Shown: positions 13,302 to 29,596 of the stretch, piece by piece
How the letters are laid out: every line of letters begins with the position of its first letter
Numbering within the stretch: the first letter of the stretch is position 1
NCBI GenBank assembly: GCA_016748015.1
Contig: JAAOMT010000523.1
Span: 1,413,595 to 1,477,594 of the forward strand
DNA length: 64,000 nt
Direction: 5' to 3'
From: Geosiphon pyriformis uo1
Lineage: Eukaryota > Fungi > Glomeromycota
Translations under genes and position numbers: made by a program
The notes under the pieces: generated by a model
Databases searched by the model: none
Told to the model about the DNA's origin: nothing
What the model saw: the letters and a program-made list of their open reading frames with translations, nothing else

Positions 13302-13828
13302 TGTATAATAATAATAATAATATGTATAATAATAATAATAATAAAATTGATGTTATTTAATTAAAATAGTATTTTAACACGTAAATACACTTAATATCAG
13401 ATAATCATAAAAAATGTTTTATCTTAGTTATAATATTTAATTGAAAATTTGATATAAAATAAATTCGAATGTTCAAAAAAAAATTTTAAGTGTTTTCTAA
13501 TATTTATTTATTGATATTAAAATTATATTTAAAGTAAATGGGTCCCTTTTCAATGATTTGATAAAGAGTGATCCACCTCTAACTTTCCCAAATCAGAAAA
13601 TTATATCAACGTCAATAAAATAATTACAAGTTGTATGTGGGAAGGAGCATAATCCAATGAAATGTTTACATTCTTTTATTTGTGTATTGTTTCACAAAAA
13701 TAATAATCATAATAATAATACTAATACTAATACTAATACTAATAATAAACAGTTTATGTGTTATGTACAATGAATTTGCATTATGAACAACAGTAAGCAT
13801 TTTTTTGTTTGGTCATCTATGCGGCTCT

Positions 13829-15673
13829 CTAATTATGAACGGATGTAGGATAGATTCCATTGACTTCAAACATTTGGCTATATTGACGACTTAACCTTCT
13901 TAATTTCGCCGAAGTTGCTGTCTTTTCTGCGGTGAGAGCAACAGCATTTATAGCATCTTGATAAGGATTAATTGTGATAGGGTTATTCAAATGATGATCA
14001 GGCAAAGGTTTAGTTAACAAATGGGTTGAATATGCTTGTTGAAATGCTGGGTTTGTAGTATACTTATGGAAAGGATTCGTTGACGGTAAAGGAGGAGGAT
14101 TTATGAATTGAGCTTCGACTGTTGTGTATTTTAAAGATCTGGTCGAGACTTTCGTATTAAGGGCTTTCATCGAAACGATACCGCTACTATTAAAAATATG
14201 ATTGTTCCCATGAGTAACGGAACCAGCTTGTATTGAAGCTAAACCACTTTCATTAGTTGTGTGACGCAATCGAAAATGCTGCAAATTTGGTGAAGAAATT
14301 GAGTGGGACATTTGACGAGGATTGGATTTAAATGGAGGCGGTGATAAAGGTGTAATAACAGGGAATTGATCCTGACGTGTTGTGATGTCATAATAGTTGG
14401 CATTTGCAATTGAGCCGGATACTGATGAGGGTGCTTTTAAGGCTAAGGAATTATACAAGGGTTTAATCGTGGCAGAATTCTCAGAGATTTCTTGAGGAGA
14501 AGCAATGGATGTTGATCTTTTGTGGAGTTGTTGCTGTTTTTGATGATTAACAGAATTAGCTTTTTTATGGGTTTTCTTAGTTAAGGATTGCAATGAAGCT
14601 TTCTTTCTGACAGCTAATAATGGAGTAGAAGCTGAATGTTCTTCCCATGCATAAAACCGACGGTTTGGTGGAGCCAATCTCGGCCTTACTATTGTTGCCT
14701 TCTCTTCCTCCTCCTCCTCCTCCTCCTCCTCTTCCTCTTTTTTCCCTCTTGGTTGCCGAATTTTTTCCTCACGTGATTTAGTGAATGTGGACAAAATATT
14801 TGAATCTGACTTGTTAGATGAATGATGCTGCCTTGTTGGTGGCAATGGAAAATCATTGGGAATCAGAATGGAAGAATTTTTTTGTTCAATGGATTTTTCA
14901 TTTGGAGGAGGTGGTGGTGGTTTTGCAGAGGAAGTGTTATAGGATGTGGTCCTTTTAGCGAAATTATTACTATCTTCTCGTGGTGTCACAAGATTGTATT
15001 CTTCAGCTTCATCAAACATTTCATTCTGTGAGAGTGAATAATTTCTAATCCTTCTCTGGTATCGATCGATTTCATATGCCGAAGTGGTTCGACGAATTAC
15101 CTTGGTCGTTGGAGTTGGACTATTTTGTGTCTTTGTTTCCGGGACTAAGGAGGGATGCGAAGAAGTTCGTCGAATACTGTTCGAGGTTTTTAATATCAAA
15201 CCTGATTTTGTGGGGGGACACAATCCCTTGTGACTGGTTGTTGTATCATATTGCACAGATGAAACTGAATTATTGTTATGCTTTTTAATGTCCTTTTGGT
15301 TTCTACTAAAAGCTGATTTCCAGAGTCCAAGTAAAGATTTCCAACTTAACCTTGAAGTTCTCGCTTGATTATTCTCTGATGTAGTATGGTTGCCAATATG
15401 TGAAGAATGACCAGCATTAGATTTTGGTTTACTTTGAAGATTTCCATTTGTTATAGATCCCATGCTGCGTTTTTCTTTCAATGGAAAAATTCGAAGAGGA
15501 GCAGTTCTCGTTTTCTTTGCTTGCCTGGCATATCCTATTGTATACTCATTGTCTTCATCGTCGTCGTCGAATATGCTATCATATCCATTGATATCAGGGT
15601 TTTGATCTTTCTTACCCTTAGGATTTTTGCCACTAAAACGACCAAAGACTGCAAACGTACCAGGTTTGGTCAT
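13829..15673 (-). CDS. Intronless Ser/Thr/Pro/basic-rich, probably disordered 614-aa protein of unknown function
   Basis: Long ORF with higher GC than its flanks; poly-P and poly-E tracts; no recognisable domain. Confidence 0.8.
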   Translation of the reverse strand: MTKPGTFAVFGRFSGKNPKGKKDQNPDINGYDSIFDDDDEDNEYTIGYARQAKKTRTAPLRIFPLKEKRSMGSITNGNLQSKPKSNAGHSSHIGNHTTSENNQARTSRLSWKSLLGLWKSAFSRNQKDIKKHNNNSVSSVQYDTTTSHKGLCPPTKSGLILKTSNSIRRTSSHPSLVPETKTQNSPTPTTKVIRRTTSAYEIDRYQRRIRNYSLSQNEMFDEAEEYNLVTPREDSNNFAKRTTSYNTSSAKPPPPPPNEKSIEQKNSSILIPNDFPLPPTRQHHSSNKSDSNILSTFTKSREEKIRQPRGKKEEEEEEEEEEEEKATIVRPRLAPPNRRFYAWEEHSASTPLLAVRKKASLQSLTKKTHKKANSVNHQKQQQLHKRSTSIASPQEISENSATIKPLYNSLALKAPSSVSGSIANANYYDITTRQDQFPVITPLSPPPFKSNPRQMSHSISSPNLQHFRLRHTTNESGLASIQAGSVTHGNNHIFNSSGIVSMKALNTKVSTRSLKYTTVEAQFINPPPLPSTNPFHKYTTNPAFQQAYSTHLLTKPLPDHHLNNPITINPYQDAINAVALTAEKTATSAKLRRLSRQYSQMFEVNGIYPTSVHN

Positions 15674-18349
15674 TTCTATTACTTATATAAAAAATAATGA
15701 GAATCCGGATTTGTGGCAAAAAATTTGCTCCCACAAGTAGCTTTCGTTGGTCTGTGTTAAAATACCAGAAAAGTTTCCTTGAACTTCAAAAAAAAATTAT
15801 GAAAGGGAGAAAATTGTTGTCGGTTGCTACCTTAGTCCATTTTATTGATGTTAAACATCATCGGAAATAATTAATTTATTCAAGTCTGGAAGTATGGATT
15901 GTGATAATTAAGATGTTTTAGCAAAAATATTTTTGTCTGGGAGCATTGTTTGATTTATGTAATTGACCTAATATGGGTAATAAAATTGATTGACTAGTGC
16001 ATAGAGGGGAAGGAGGGACGTGTAAAAAATACGGTTGCCTTAGAAAGCACCACCCAGCAGTCTAGCTGTGGAAAGAAAGAGAGTAAAGGCAACCCCGAAA
16101 ACAATTGCTGTTCATGGACATCGCAACAAACGCCGGCCGTTGCTTCACCTTTTAAACACGATACGTATTGTCTTTGCTTCTGGGTTTGTGACATGCTTAG
16201 CAATTTACCGGAATCATGGTTAATTAGAAGTTACCAATAAACTATTCGCCAAACATTCATTCTAGGATATTTGTTATGATTTCTAATAATTAATATTCTG
16301 TTTCTTGTTTTCTATTTCTTACTATTTACAAACTGTGACTCCTTATTACGTTTCAGAATAATTCAGGCTTTTTTGAGAAATTTATCTGAGGGATTTTAAT
16401 GTAAGAGATAGTTCAGACGCAAACAACAACAACAACAACAACAACATCTTGGAAAAGAAATTAAATATTGTGGTTTTCAAACGCCATGATCTAAATTATT
16501 GGCACATTTTGTAGGATTCACTTTGCGTATAGAGCACGTTGTTGATGAGCTGTCCAAAAGGTTTTTTCCATTTGCAATGCTGCATATGGCGTGAAATTGT
16601 TGAATATAAGCCAAAAATCTTGAAAAGTTTATCCGAATTCTAACGAAAATTGGTACTTGACTTCAGCCACTCTTTTCCTAACTTCAGCCAGTAAATTGTG
16701 GGTCATTTGCTTATTTTCTTGGCGATTGTTAAAATTTCTCTCTATGTAATAGTTCTGAATAATGTTTATTGATACCTGGGTTCGAACTTTCTTTTTTTAG
16801 TATATTGTAAACCAGATGTCATTACATTTTATTTGTTGACACGCTGTTTCAGAATTAAATAATGAAATTCCGAGATTTCCTTCAGCTTTTAAAAGAGGTG
16901 TACATGTCTATCATACCTTAATATTTGCATTCTCTTACTCTTATAAAGAATTATTGTTTATTTAATTGTTCCTTTCGGTCATCGGATTATCCAGTGCTTT
17001 TTTAAAGAAATACAAAAATGATGAACCTTACTTTTTGGATGCAAGACTTTGACGATATTTTCTCACAACATTACCAGCTTCGGCTCATCTTCACCGATGG
17101 TCATTCCCACATTCATTACTGATCTTAGTTGGAAGATTTTAGTACACTCGAATTTTTTTTGTAAAACAGTTGATTTTAAGAAAATTTTGACATGAATCCA
17201 AGCTCGGAACTGTCAAAACCGTTCCGAAAAAGTATGTTCTATTTTTTATTTACCTTGTGGTGCCAAACTATTTTGACATGGGATCAAGAAAGGGAACCTT
17301 TAATTAATTCAAGAGCAAAAGAAAATCACATGTTTCAGGTGACACTTTCCAAGATTCACTGAATGCCAATAACAGGAAGAATTGTAATCTTTTTTTCAAA
17401 ACTCTAATTTTAGAATTGTTTATTTTCTTAAAAGAATCAGTGCATTCAATTCATTTATAATCTGATTAGGAAAATTTCATAATAGATTGATTGAATGATT
17501 GAATGATCAAAGATCCTATTTTATGATTTATTAAAATAATAACCAAATAACTATCAAACCAAAAAATAAAATAAAAGACATATTAGATAAATGTGAGGAA
17601 ACAGCTTCTAGTTTAAAGAACTGAGAAGACAATGATCCAAAATAATGAGCTATTTCACATTGTTTATTAAAGAATGAAAAGATGAGAGACAATTTTGTGC
17701 TTAATTTGTCAATCTGAGAGATGAAAAATATTAAACCAATTTTGGATTTGTAAGAATTAAGTAAAACCTCATTGAAACCGTTAAAATCGAAAAGGCTTGA
17801 AAACAAACATATCGCGAGAGATCTTTAATAAAAATTTCGATTGGGAAAAAAAAGAAGAAAGGTAAGGTTTTGAACTTTAAAATATTAAAATATATTTAGT
17901 AAATTTTTTTAAAAGTGCTTATTTAATGACAATGCGACACTATTAACTAGGAAACTAGGGTTTGAAAAATTCTTTAATCTGAAAATTTGAAACAGAACCA
18001 CCTTTTATAACTGAAATTTTGAAAATCTTACCCGTTTATAATTTTGGCACGATTAGAATGCATTTAATTTTGATTTCATTATAAACCTCATAGGGATTGA
18101 ATTTTTACAAGATTACATCTTAGGTATGACAAAGAGAAAACTTTCAGAAGTATCGAATAAATTAAATTTATTATCTGACATGTTAGAATGCCAATTTTTT
18201 TGAAATCGAATACAGAGATCAAGACATAGCCCAAGAATAAATTGATCCATTTCAATATTAGCTATATTTCAATATTTTTAGTTCAGGTTTTCAAATAATA
18301 ACATTTAATTAAAATTTTATATTCACTAATTGGTTTATTTTTATTAGAA

Positions 18350-18720
18350 TTCCAAATGAGTCAATTTAAGTCGACTCGTTTAAACGAGCCGAGTCTGAGT
18401 TAAAGGAAGACACAACTCGACTCAACTCACGAGCTAACTATTATTTATCAATAGCCAATCAAATTTTCGATACGTGTTTATGATAATTTTTTCTTTACAA
18501 ATGGTGGCAACAGTGGTAACGGACAACCACCTTTAGTGCTAAGGCCTCTCAAAATCTTGATGAGATTTTGAACCATTTCAAAATTATGAACAATAAGGCA
18601 AAGTACAGTGAATGTATTCTGGTGCTTAAACCTTATTAAGTACATAGTTGCAACTTTTTTTATCCAAAGAAAAGAATATGATTGGCGAGCAGAGTACAAA
18701 TGACTTTTGTCAAAACTTAA
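18350..18720 (-). mobile_element. Possible hAT transposon remnant
   Basis: Clustered ACTCG/CGAGT subterminal-type motifs (18355-18440) next to frameshifted peptides IHC...LIVHNFE and ILRGLST/RWLS, reminiscent of hAT CxxH and TRW motifs. Confidence 0.3.
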
Positions 18721-19989
18721 AAAATTACCACAGCAATAAATTAGGAATTAAATACAAAGAACGATATTAGAGAGTTTTTTTCAAATACCCTATTAATAGT
18801 TACTAATTCTTTTTATTTAAAACATCACAACATAAAGAAAATTTTTGCAATGTGAATAGTTTATTTTGTATTTTCTATAATGGAGTGTGTTTCTCTTAGC
18901 AAATACAATATATGAAGAAATTATGAGTGTAGATATTGAAAAGTTGAAAAATAATTTTTATCGTATGACTTTCATGCTATATTTAAAAATTATTAATATT
19001 AATTTTTTCATATTATTTGTTTTAAAAATCTTATTAAAAAATATTATTCATTTAATAAATAAAAATAATATTAAACTTTTTAAATTTTAATTGCATCATT
19101 AATTTATATAATTGACAAAAGAGTACTACAATAAAACTTAAAATATAATGTGCAATCTTTAAATATTATATCTTTAAGATTTTATTAAAATTTTATTAAT
19201 TGGTGTTGAAAGACATATGAAATTAAAAATTATGACAGAATTAAATATTGAGCATATTACCATTTTTTTATAGAAAAAAAAAAAGAGTTTAGAAAAACAT
19301 GACCAAAAATTAAGGAAGGTGTTTAATTAAATTTGAAGTGGATCAAACTAAAAGCCATATATTTTTTCGTTAATGCTCAAGTACAATAACAGGTACAGAA
19401 GAAACAGATTTGGTTGCTGGTAGAACAAGTTTTTTAGCGTTCAGCAGGAGAAGAAATTACATTACTATCAAAGAAGCAACATTATAAAAAGTAAATTTTG
19501 GTTCTTTTTTTTTGGGAGATTTGATTCAACTGAATTTTGAAAAGCAGTCCGTTTTGGACTTCCTTCTCACCGCGATCTTAAAGAGGATATTTATCGGGGC
19601 CACAACATTCCTTGAAAGAACGAATGAGCTTTGATAGTCTTGATAATTTTTCTCTTTACTTGAAAAGATTATTTTTTTTTCGTTAAAAATTTTTGAGTAG
19701 CCTTCCTTCTCTTTTTGCGGCTATTAATCTGACATACCATACTATAAGTATACTTACAGGCTATAACCACAGACTTATTCCTAGGTAAGGGGTGGTGTTG
19801 AAACAAAAAATTATTTATCTACCCAGGTAGAAAAAATGATCATTATATAATCAATACAAATCAATATTCAGAATTTGTTTTGAAAGGAAAGAAAAAAAAG
19901 CAATAAATCTTTGTTAGATTTAACCTATATAAGTTAATAATTTTTCCTTGTACCCTATTATTATGGAGTAAAATCTCATCTACCTTTCT

Positions 19990-20513
19990 TTAATTATAAA
20001 AAAATTTTCGGAACAGTTGGAATGACGTTTTATATAAAAGGTGTTTTTGTGCCCATTCAATCCTTTTTTTGTTTGTGCTCGGTTTAAACATAGATTTTGC
20101 AAGCAGAAAAGAATTCTTATAATAGAATGATAAGATGTTTTCGAACTGTGTTTTAAAACTTGATGCTTCTTTCTGATAGTTTATAAACCAAATTATCCGC
20201 CGATATTGTAGGAGCCTTAATGTTGATTTATAGAAAACATTATATTTGGAGCGATTTTCCCTGGGCCAAAGTTAGTGCGACGCTTAATTTCTCTCGCAGA
20301 CGGTATCCCCTCGCTCCATAAATATAATATAATCTGGCGTTGCTGCTTTTTTGCTGACAAGTCCATTTCATGGCATCGTTTTGCCCGAAAAAGTCTTGTG
20401 TGGAGAAAGAATATTATTATTTAGTAGCACAAAATCTGATTTGTACTTTTGGCTAAATTATCACGTGTGATTTTCTTTATAAAAAAATTCCCAAAACATT
20501 TTGCTTACCACTG
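19990..20513 (-). mobile_element. Truncated Tc1-like transposon remnant
   Basis: Terminus TA|CAGTGGTAAGCAAAATG at 20513. Minus-strand peptides MDLSAKKQQRQIILYLWSEGIPSAREIKRRTN, EHKQK.IEWAQKH and TSFQLFR, similar to the transposase at 33999. Confidence 0.75.
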
Positions 20514-21778
20514 TATAACTCAGTTCTAAACTCAACATTGGATGAATAAAGGCCCCAAGTTGAAAAAAAGAAATAGTGGCATAGTTTTAAAAGTTCAAAT
20601 ATAACTTATAAATGCCCCAATTCTTTAATAATTTAAATCTTATCAAAACTTGTCTATGTGCGAGTTAATTTGGAAGCATTCTTAACAGAGCAATTTTAGA
20701 AAGTTGAGCGAGATAAAGAAAAGAATCTTATGGTATAGAAATTTATTCAAGAAACCGAAAATTTCTAGAGTGAATTTTTGCAGAGATCTTTTTTTTTTTA
20801 GAATTGATCGATTTAACAAAAGGGAATCTGTGAAAAAGCATTTTGTACTTTTAGGTCTCAAAAAGGCAATTATTATACGAAGGACTATTTAAAAAAATTT
20901 TCGCTAATTTTTAATCACTACCTATTACGAAAATGTATAGAGTATAGCCGTTATGCCAGGTTAAACAAAAAATTTGGTGAATGAAGAATTGATTTACGAT
21001 ATCCTTTTTTGAGGGTTTCAGAATTGACCAAATATTTCAACAATTCCGAATTCTATTATGAATAATTGATACAGAAATTTTTATAAGATATGCCGAAATT
21101 AAATTTTGTTTAATAGAAAATACTGCTCAGAAAAGATAAGAAATCTAAGAGTTTTGAGTATCGAAGTCTATATCTCAACGTTTTGTTTTTCTTGAAATTT
21201 TTATTATGAGACTCATAAAATGTGACTTTTAACGCTGTAGTTTAAATATATGAAAAAATACAAATAAGTAATCCATAATAAATTATTTCCAGAAAAACAC
21301 CTCCAATTTTGGTTTCAAGTTCTGAATTGAATGCAAGAGATTATTCTGTTGCAACAGTTTTTAAATGTTTCATTCAACGAAGGTCTACAATCTGATTTTT
21401 AAATTAAAGTTTTTCTTTCAGGTGCTACAGTTATATTATAAATCCTTGTGATTACAGGGGCACAAACACAAAATACTTTGTAGGTGGTTAAATTTTTTTC
21501 AACGTCACAACTAGAATCGTCAACAAACCTTGATAGTATTCAGCCGTATTACATCATTTAATGTAATTTGAATTTGAAACTATCTTCTATAATTCACATA
21601 ATTATTATTCTTCGCTAAATGATTGTTCAGAGTGGTAAGGATTATTAAATTTTGATTTTTGAAAAGCATGTAATAAATTAAAATTATTATTTTTTCTATT
21701 GATCAACCGATCGAGTATTTGAAAAAATTTCTTTTAAATAATTGCCTTTCCAATTTTTTTTAATAAGCTAGAGAATTC

Positions 21779-23161
21779 TCAAGAAGCGTTTCGATCAAAA
21801 ACTTCTTCCATTGTGTAGCTACAATCTCCAAAGTAGTATCCAAAATATGGGCCATCGTACGTGAAACTTGGTTCATGTTCTTTCTCGCTATTGATACAAT
21901 CCTATTTCAAAGGAAAATCGTAGAAATGAAATTTCGATTTTTAAAACAAGAAATTATATTGTCGAAATCATATGAATAACTCTCTTCTTAAAAGATTTTT
22001 GTCTTACTGGATGCTCATCATAAGTACCATCTTTTCCGTTGCCCGGAAAACATCGAAAATACATAATTTTATTGGTCTTTGATGGTCTACAATTACACTC
22101 CATGAAGCTCCAGACTTCAATACCTGGATGATAATAACCATCCAATTCACGTGTCGGAAATCTAGGGATTTGATCGTCAAACAACGTGTATCGCGTAATC
22201 CTTAACCTTGGAATTTGATTAACGTATTTGGCAAAATCACGATTCCCCATTCGTGGTGTGCCGAATGTCGTGACCGAGATTACTCTTTTCGGCAATTCTA
22301 GTTGTTCTCGTATATCCATGACGGCAAAAATGGCGTAGACTATTTAATGTACAATAAACAATGAAGAAAAGAGTGAAATTTAATTTCTAAAATCTGAATT
22401 GGACGACTATTGGAAGTGAACCAACCTCCAGCAAGCCTATGTCCCGTGATGTGCAAATCTATATCGCTTCGGGTATCTCTAAGAATTTCTATCAAAAGCT
22501 TGCGAATCTGAAGCCTTACTTCTTCATATTGCTCCAAAAAGTTTGAATCAACTCGCACATCCAGACTCGATATTGCTTTTGAATATTTGATAAGAGTATT
22601 TTTCCGTTCACGATTCCAGGTTGATAGATATCGAATTTCAGGTGCTTTTAAATAGATGATCAATCTAGAATTCAATAATTCAAAATTTCCTATTTTTTCG
22701 AGAGAAAGTTTTCAAAAGCTCAAATTTTGTAACCGATTGAGTATATATAAAAATTCACTGAAATAATTTCCAAAATTACCATAGACAAAGTCAGCAAATT
22801 TTATCGTTTGATTTAACGGCAAGCAGTAAACTTTATTCGCAAAATAGAATGATTTTCGACCATATCTTATGCCTGAACTCTTTTGTATTCGTTTGATCGG
22901 CGGGCCATCAAAATATAAATTTGTTGCTAGATTATTTCTCAGCAATTTTCTGTCTTGTTTATTTGAATAAAACTTCCCTAATATTGAGTTATTAAGAGGT
23001 TGCCGATTTTGAATCTTTGGTAAATTTGAAGACTTTTCGTGTTGATAAAATGTAAAAAATACTAGAGTAATTGCGGCGGCTATCAGAATTTTTCTGAAAT
23101 AAAAAAACCAGAAGTTTGAGAGTTCGGTTGAATAAAATTTCTTTTGAAGATCGTGCAACAT
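21779..23161 (-). CDS. Lipase class 3 family protein with N-terminal hydrophobic anchor; nucleophile Ser replaced (GHRLAG); 4 exons
   Basis: RVDSNFLEQY, LHITGHRLAG|VYAIFA, VTTFGTPRMGNRDFAKYVN, DDQIPRFP, YYHPGIEVW, ECIN...GPYFG; exons splice in frame. Confidence 0.85.
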
Positions 23162-23282
23162 TTCTTACTACAAAATTAGATTTGAAATATTTGATTACAC
23201 GAACTAAAAATATTTTTCTAAAAGAAAATTAAATAAATAAAGCAAATATGTCTATATTTCTCGAATAAAAGTTTTTCCGACC

Positions 23283-24531
<1,249 letters not shown>

Positions 24532-24995
24532 TCCGAAGTCAAAATATCACAAAAACTAGAAATATCTTCGAAAAATGAAATCTTTTCACACAACTCATAT
24601 TTCCTTCTTTATATCAAATATCATGATAGCACGGAATTTCCTCGCGTGTGAGAATTAAAGTTTACTCATTTATGAACAGACCCAGGAGTACAGTACGCGT
24701 TCATTATACGGTGTAAAATTTTTGCAGTAATGCTTAACTTCCCATGTTTCGTGATATGCACAGGTTGCTTTAATTCGAATTTCCTTGAATAGAAGATCAA
24801 CATTGAATCAAATGTGATCATCAATTAATAATGTAAGGAAATTCGAAAGGAACGAAGGGGTGGTTACGGATTGACTTGGAAACGCCCGAAAAAAGCTAAA
24901 AGTATATATATTAATAAATTATTTTATCAATTTATATGAAACTTGAAATTTAGAATCATATGATAATAAATTAAAAATCCTTTTATACATTAACA

Positions 24996-26367
<1,372 letters not shown>

Positions 26368-26839
26368 GATCGAAAAAAATCCCAAGTCTTGTAGGAATAT
26401 TTCCCTTAGTAGAATTCTGACAATTTAATTTATAATTTCCTTTGATCATAACATCATCATCAGCAAAACCAAAAATCGTGGGAGGATATTAATCTTTTTA
26501 TTTCTGGGCGTAAAACAAGACAATTTATCTTGTAACTTTGACAACACCTAATTTTTCCGCCAGGACAAATTTAGGAATCAATGCTATTGAAGAAAATCTC
26601 TAATGACATATTTTGATTTTAAATTCAAATTTAAAAGTAACGATTGTTTTTCTCGAAAAGGTAAAGACTGTTATTTTAAAGTTAAAGGAAAATTTGAGTG
26701 CCATATTTATACATTTCTTAAAATTTAAAAGCATAACTTACTGCTATATATTCAATCTAAATTTAGTGAATAGGGGTATTTACAAAATTACAATGTGTTT
26801 TGTCCATAATGTTAAAGATGTTCAAAATTAGATCAAAAC

Positions 26840-27030
26840 AACAGAAGATTCTTAATCTACTGAATTGATTCTATTGAACACTCTTGAAAGAAGAATTGGA
26901 AACTAATTTTTACCTTCAAGATTGCAAGAATGGATCGCAACTTTTGGATATATTTATAAAAGATTGATTGAACGCATCCCAAAAAGCATTATAGAATGTA
27001 TATAAAAAGAAATCAAATAGTATAATAAAA
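26840..27030 (+). mobile_element. Small remnant of a Tc1 transposase C-terminus
   Basis: Frameshifted peptides LNTLERRI, LQEW, KRLIERIPKSIIECI. Confidence 0.45.
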
Positions 27031-28446
27031 AATTTGAATGATACCTGTGCTAGAATAGTATATTACTTTTATTTAATAATAAATTCAAAATGAGAATAAA
27101 ATCTTTATTACATTAAGCCCAAGTATAAATTTATCTTTTCATTAATATATACTTAAATATAAAATGTTAATTTTCTCTTGTAAATTTTATAGAATGATAA
27201 AAAAAACTAGTGTAAAAACCTCTGCAAGATCTGCAAAAATTCATTCTAGATTAAATGCATCAAAAAAAATCTTTGTAGTAATTTTAAAAATTAAAAAATA
27301 TCTATGACTTCAAGTATCTAGTAATTTTTCAATTTTTTAAATAAATTTATACAAATAATCTCGCATCTAAATAAAATTTGGATTAAGTTTTAAATTATTT
27401 AAAAAATTGGGGCATTCATAAATGACGATTGAGTGATTAAGCTTTTGTGATTCTAACAAACCATCTAGATGCAGATCTTAATAGTCTATTGCAAATATTT
27501 GGGTAGCGTGATGATTTTTTTGAAACACATACCCCATGAAACCATAATTAATGATAACATTTTTTTCAACTTGGAAATCAATAAACTGAACATATCTATT
27601 TTCTCCTTAAACGCTAACCTTTGTGCCTTCGTAAAGACAATTAGAAGCTTATTGATTATCTTTGGATTGCTTACAGAAGCTCAAAAATTGATGGATATTT
27701 TAAAAAGTAAAGAATCCTCGGTGGGGTCGGGTAATCACGATACCCATTTATTGATGCATAAGTAGGTCTATGAATTTCAATTGTATTTGGAAAAATAAAT
27801 TTTTAGTAAATTTGCTGAGTAATTCATTGAATTATTTATAGTTTGTTAAAGAAAATGATAATTTTTCAAGAATTGCCAAGGATGTGAAGATAATATACAA
27901 AAAAATCTTAATTTAAAATTTCCTTTCTTTTGACATCAGTTTAATTTGAAACTACCCATCTCGAGGATTAATTTCTTTCATTCAACACAAATAAATCTTT
28001 CGTCACGTTAAAGATATTGAAATTATTGAGGTTTAATGACCGTTGATGACCGAAGTTGAATAAATAATTAAAATCTAAATTTTGAATTTTGAATTATTAT
28101 AAGTTGTCTCCAAATAAAACTAATGAGAATTCCAAAATAAAAATTCGATCAATATTCCTTCTGCGATATTTCATTTTATATTTAAATTTTAGATTTTGTT
28201 TCTTGCATTATCCAGTTCAATTATTTGACTTTAGAAAAATTGAATGAAATCTAATTGTCTTTCACTTTGATATATTTAAATAACTACATCTATTTATACC
28301 TTATTTACAAAGAAATTGGATAAAATTTTTACTTTTTCGCCATTTTCTTTTTATCAGGAAAGGTATTAAAAATCAAAGTGATTAAATTAAAATATGTATA
28401 AAATTACAAGTAGAGGTACTATGTAAATTTCCACTATTTAAATCAT

Positions 28447-29232
28447 CTACTTCTTCGAACCCTTCCCTTTAAAGATAGAATGTAAATGTCGTTTTGTGAT
28501 GGAATCCAGCTTATTTGATGTCTTTCTATGCCAATAAATTGCCTGATGCAAATCCGACATAGTTCCCATGCCCTGTCGACAAAATATAGCCAACATAGCA
28601 GGGGCATATTTATTTCCACCTATAGCAGCATTTTCATATAATCTTAAGGCAACCTTACAATTCTTTTTACAATACGCACGCCCTTGAGTATAACTAAACC
28701 CTAATTGAAATCTTGCTTCCGAATTTCCTTGCTTAGCTGCTTCATTATACCAATAATCCGCTTTCGAGAAGTTTTTTTCTGTTCCCATACCCTTTGAAAA
28801 ACAATTTCCCAATGCTAATTGAGCAGGAGCAAAACCTTTTTTCGCAGCTTCTTCAAATCGTTCAAATGCAAGTGATTCTAATTCTTTCGAGATCCCAATC
28901 CCACGTGCATAACATTCTGCAACGCAAAATGTCCCAACCGGATTTCCTCTATACATTGCATAAACAAAGAGATCGAATGCTTGTTTCGAACTTTGTGGTG
29001 TACCCGTCGCATACAAATGACAAAATGCAAGGATGAGAACATTATTCGTAGAGATATCGGCCAATGCATTGCTAAAATATTGAAAGATATCAGGCTTTTT
29101 CAGGTTTTTTGTACGCAGGAATTTTCTAAAAGCGTGTTTAAATTTTAGGAAGCCGTTATTTTTTGCCAATGTTGTCATGAGGCAATCCCATGCTTCTTTG
29201 CTGACACTGAGGCTAGATGAGGTAGATGTCAT
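28447..29232 (-). CDS. Sel1-like repeat protein, intronless (about 261 aa from ATG 29232)
   Basis: 4-5 Sel1 repeats (AQLALGNCFSKGMGTEKNFSKADYWYNEAA, ARFQLGFSYTQG). Confidence 0.9.
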   Translation of the reverse strand: MTSTSSSLSVSKEAWDCLMTTLAKNNGFLKFKHAFRKFLRTKNLKKPDIFQYFSNALADISTNNVLILAFCHLYATGTPQSSKQAFDLFVYAMYRGNPVGTFCVAECYARGIGISKELESLAFERFEEAAKKGFAPAQLALGNCFSKGMGTEKNFSKADYWYNEAAKQGNSEARFQLGFSYTQGRAYCKKNCKVALRLYENAAIGGNKYAPAMLAIFCRQGMGTMSDLHQAIYWHRKTSNKLDSITKRHLHSIFKGKGSKK

Positions 29233-29596
29233 TTGAGGAAAAAAAAGATATTTGAATTTTGTCAAAATTTTAAATTGATGGTAAAAGAGAAGAGATTTGA
29301 AAAAATTGAACTTGTTTGCTACCTTAAAGTGAGATCTTTAAAACCGGGATAAAATAACACACTAACAGATCTTAAAAATATTTGTTTATTGACGTTTCGA
29401 AATTTGGTAAACTCCTTTTCAAGACTACGGAGCTAATAACTGAAAATCACTCTCAGTTTAATCTAAATATTACGACAGTGAATCGTAGCTATTTTAAATT
29501 TGATCGAATCATACATTGAAAAGAAAAAATTTTCCGTTGAATGCCAAATTTATTCGCTCAATCAATCAATAAATGAGAATTTGCAGGTATTACACA

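Noticed and set aside
15700-17400. Moderately GC-rich region with a 69-aa ORF
   Set aside because: No domain or splice-consistent model; probably 5' UTR/regulatory DNA of the 614-aa gene.
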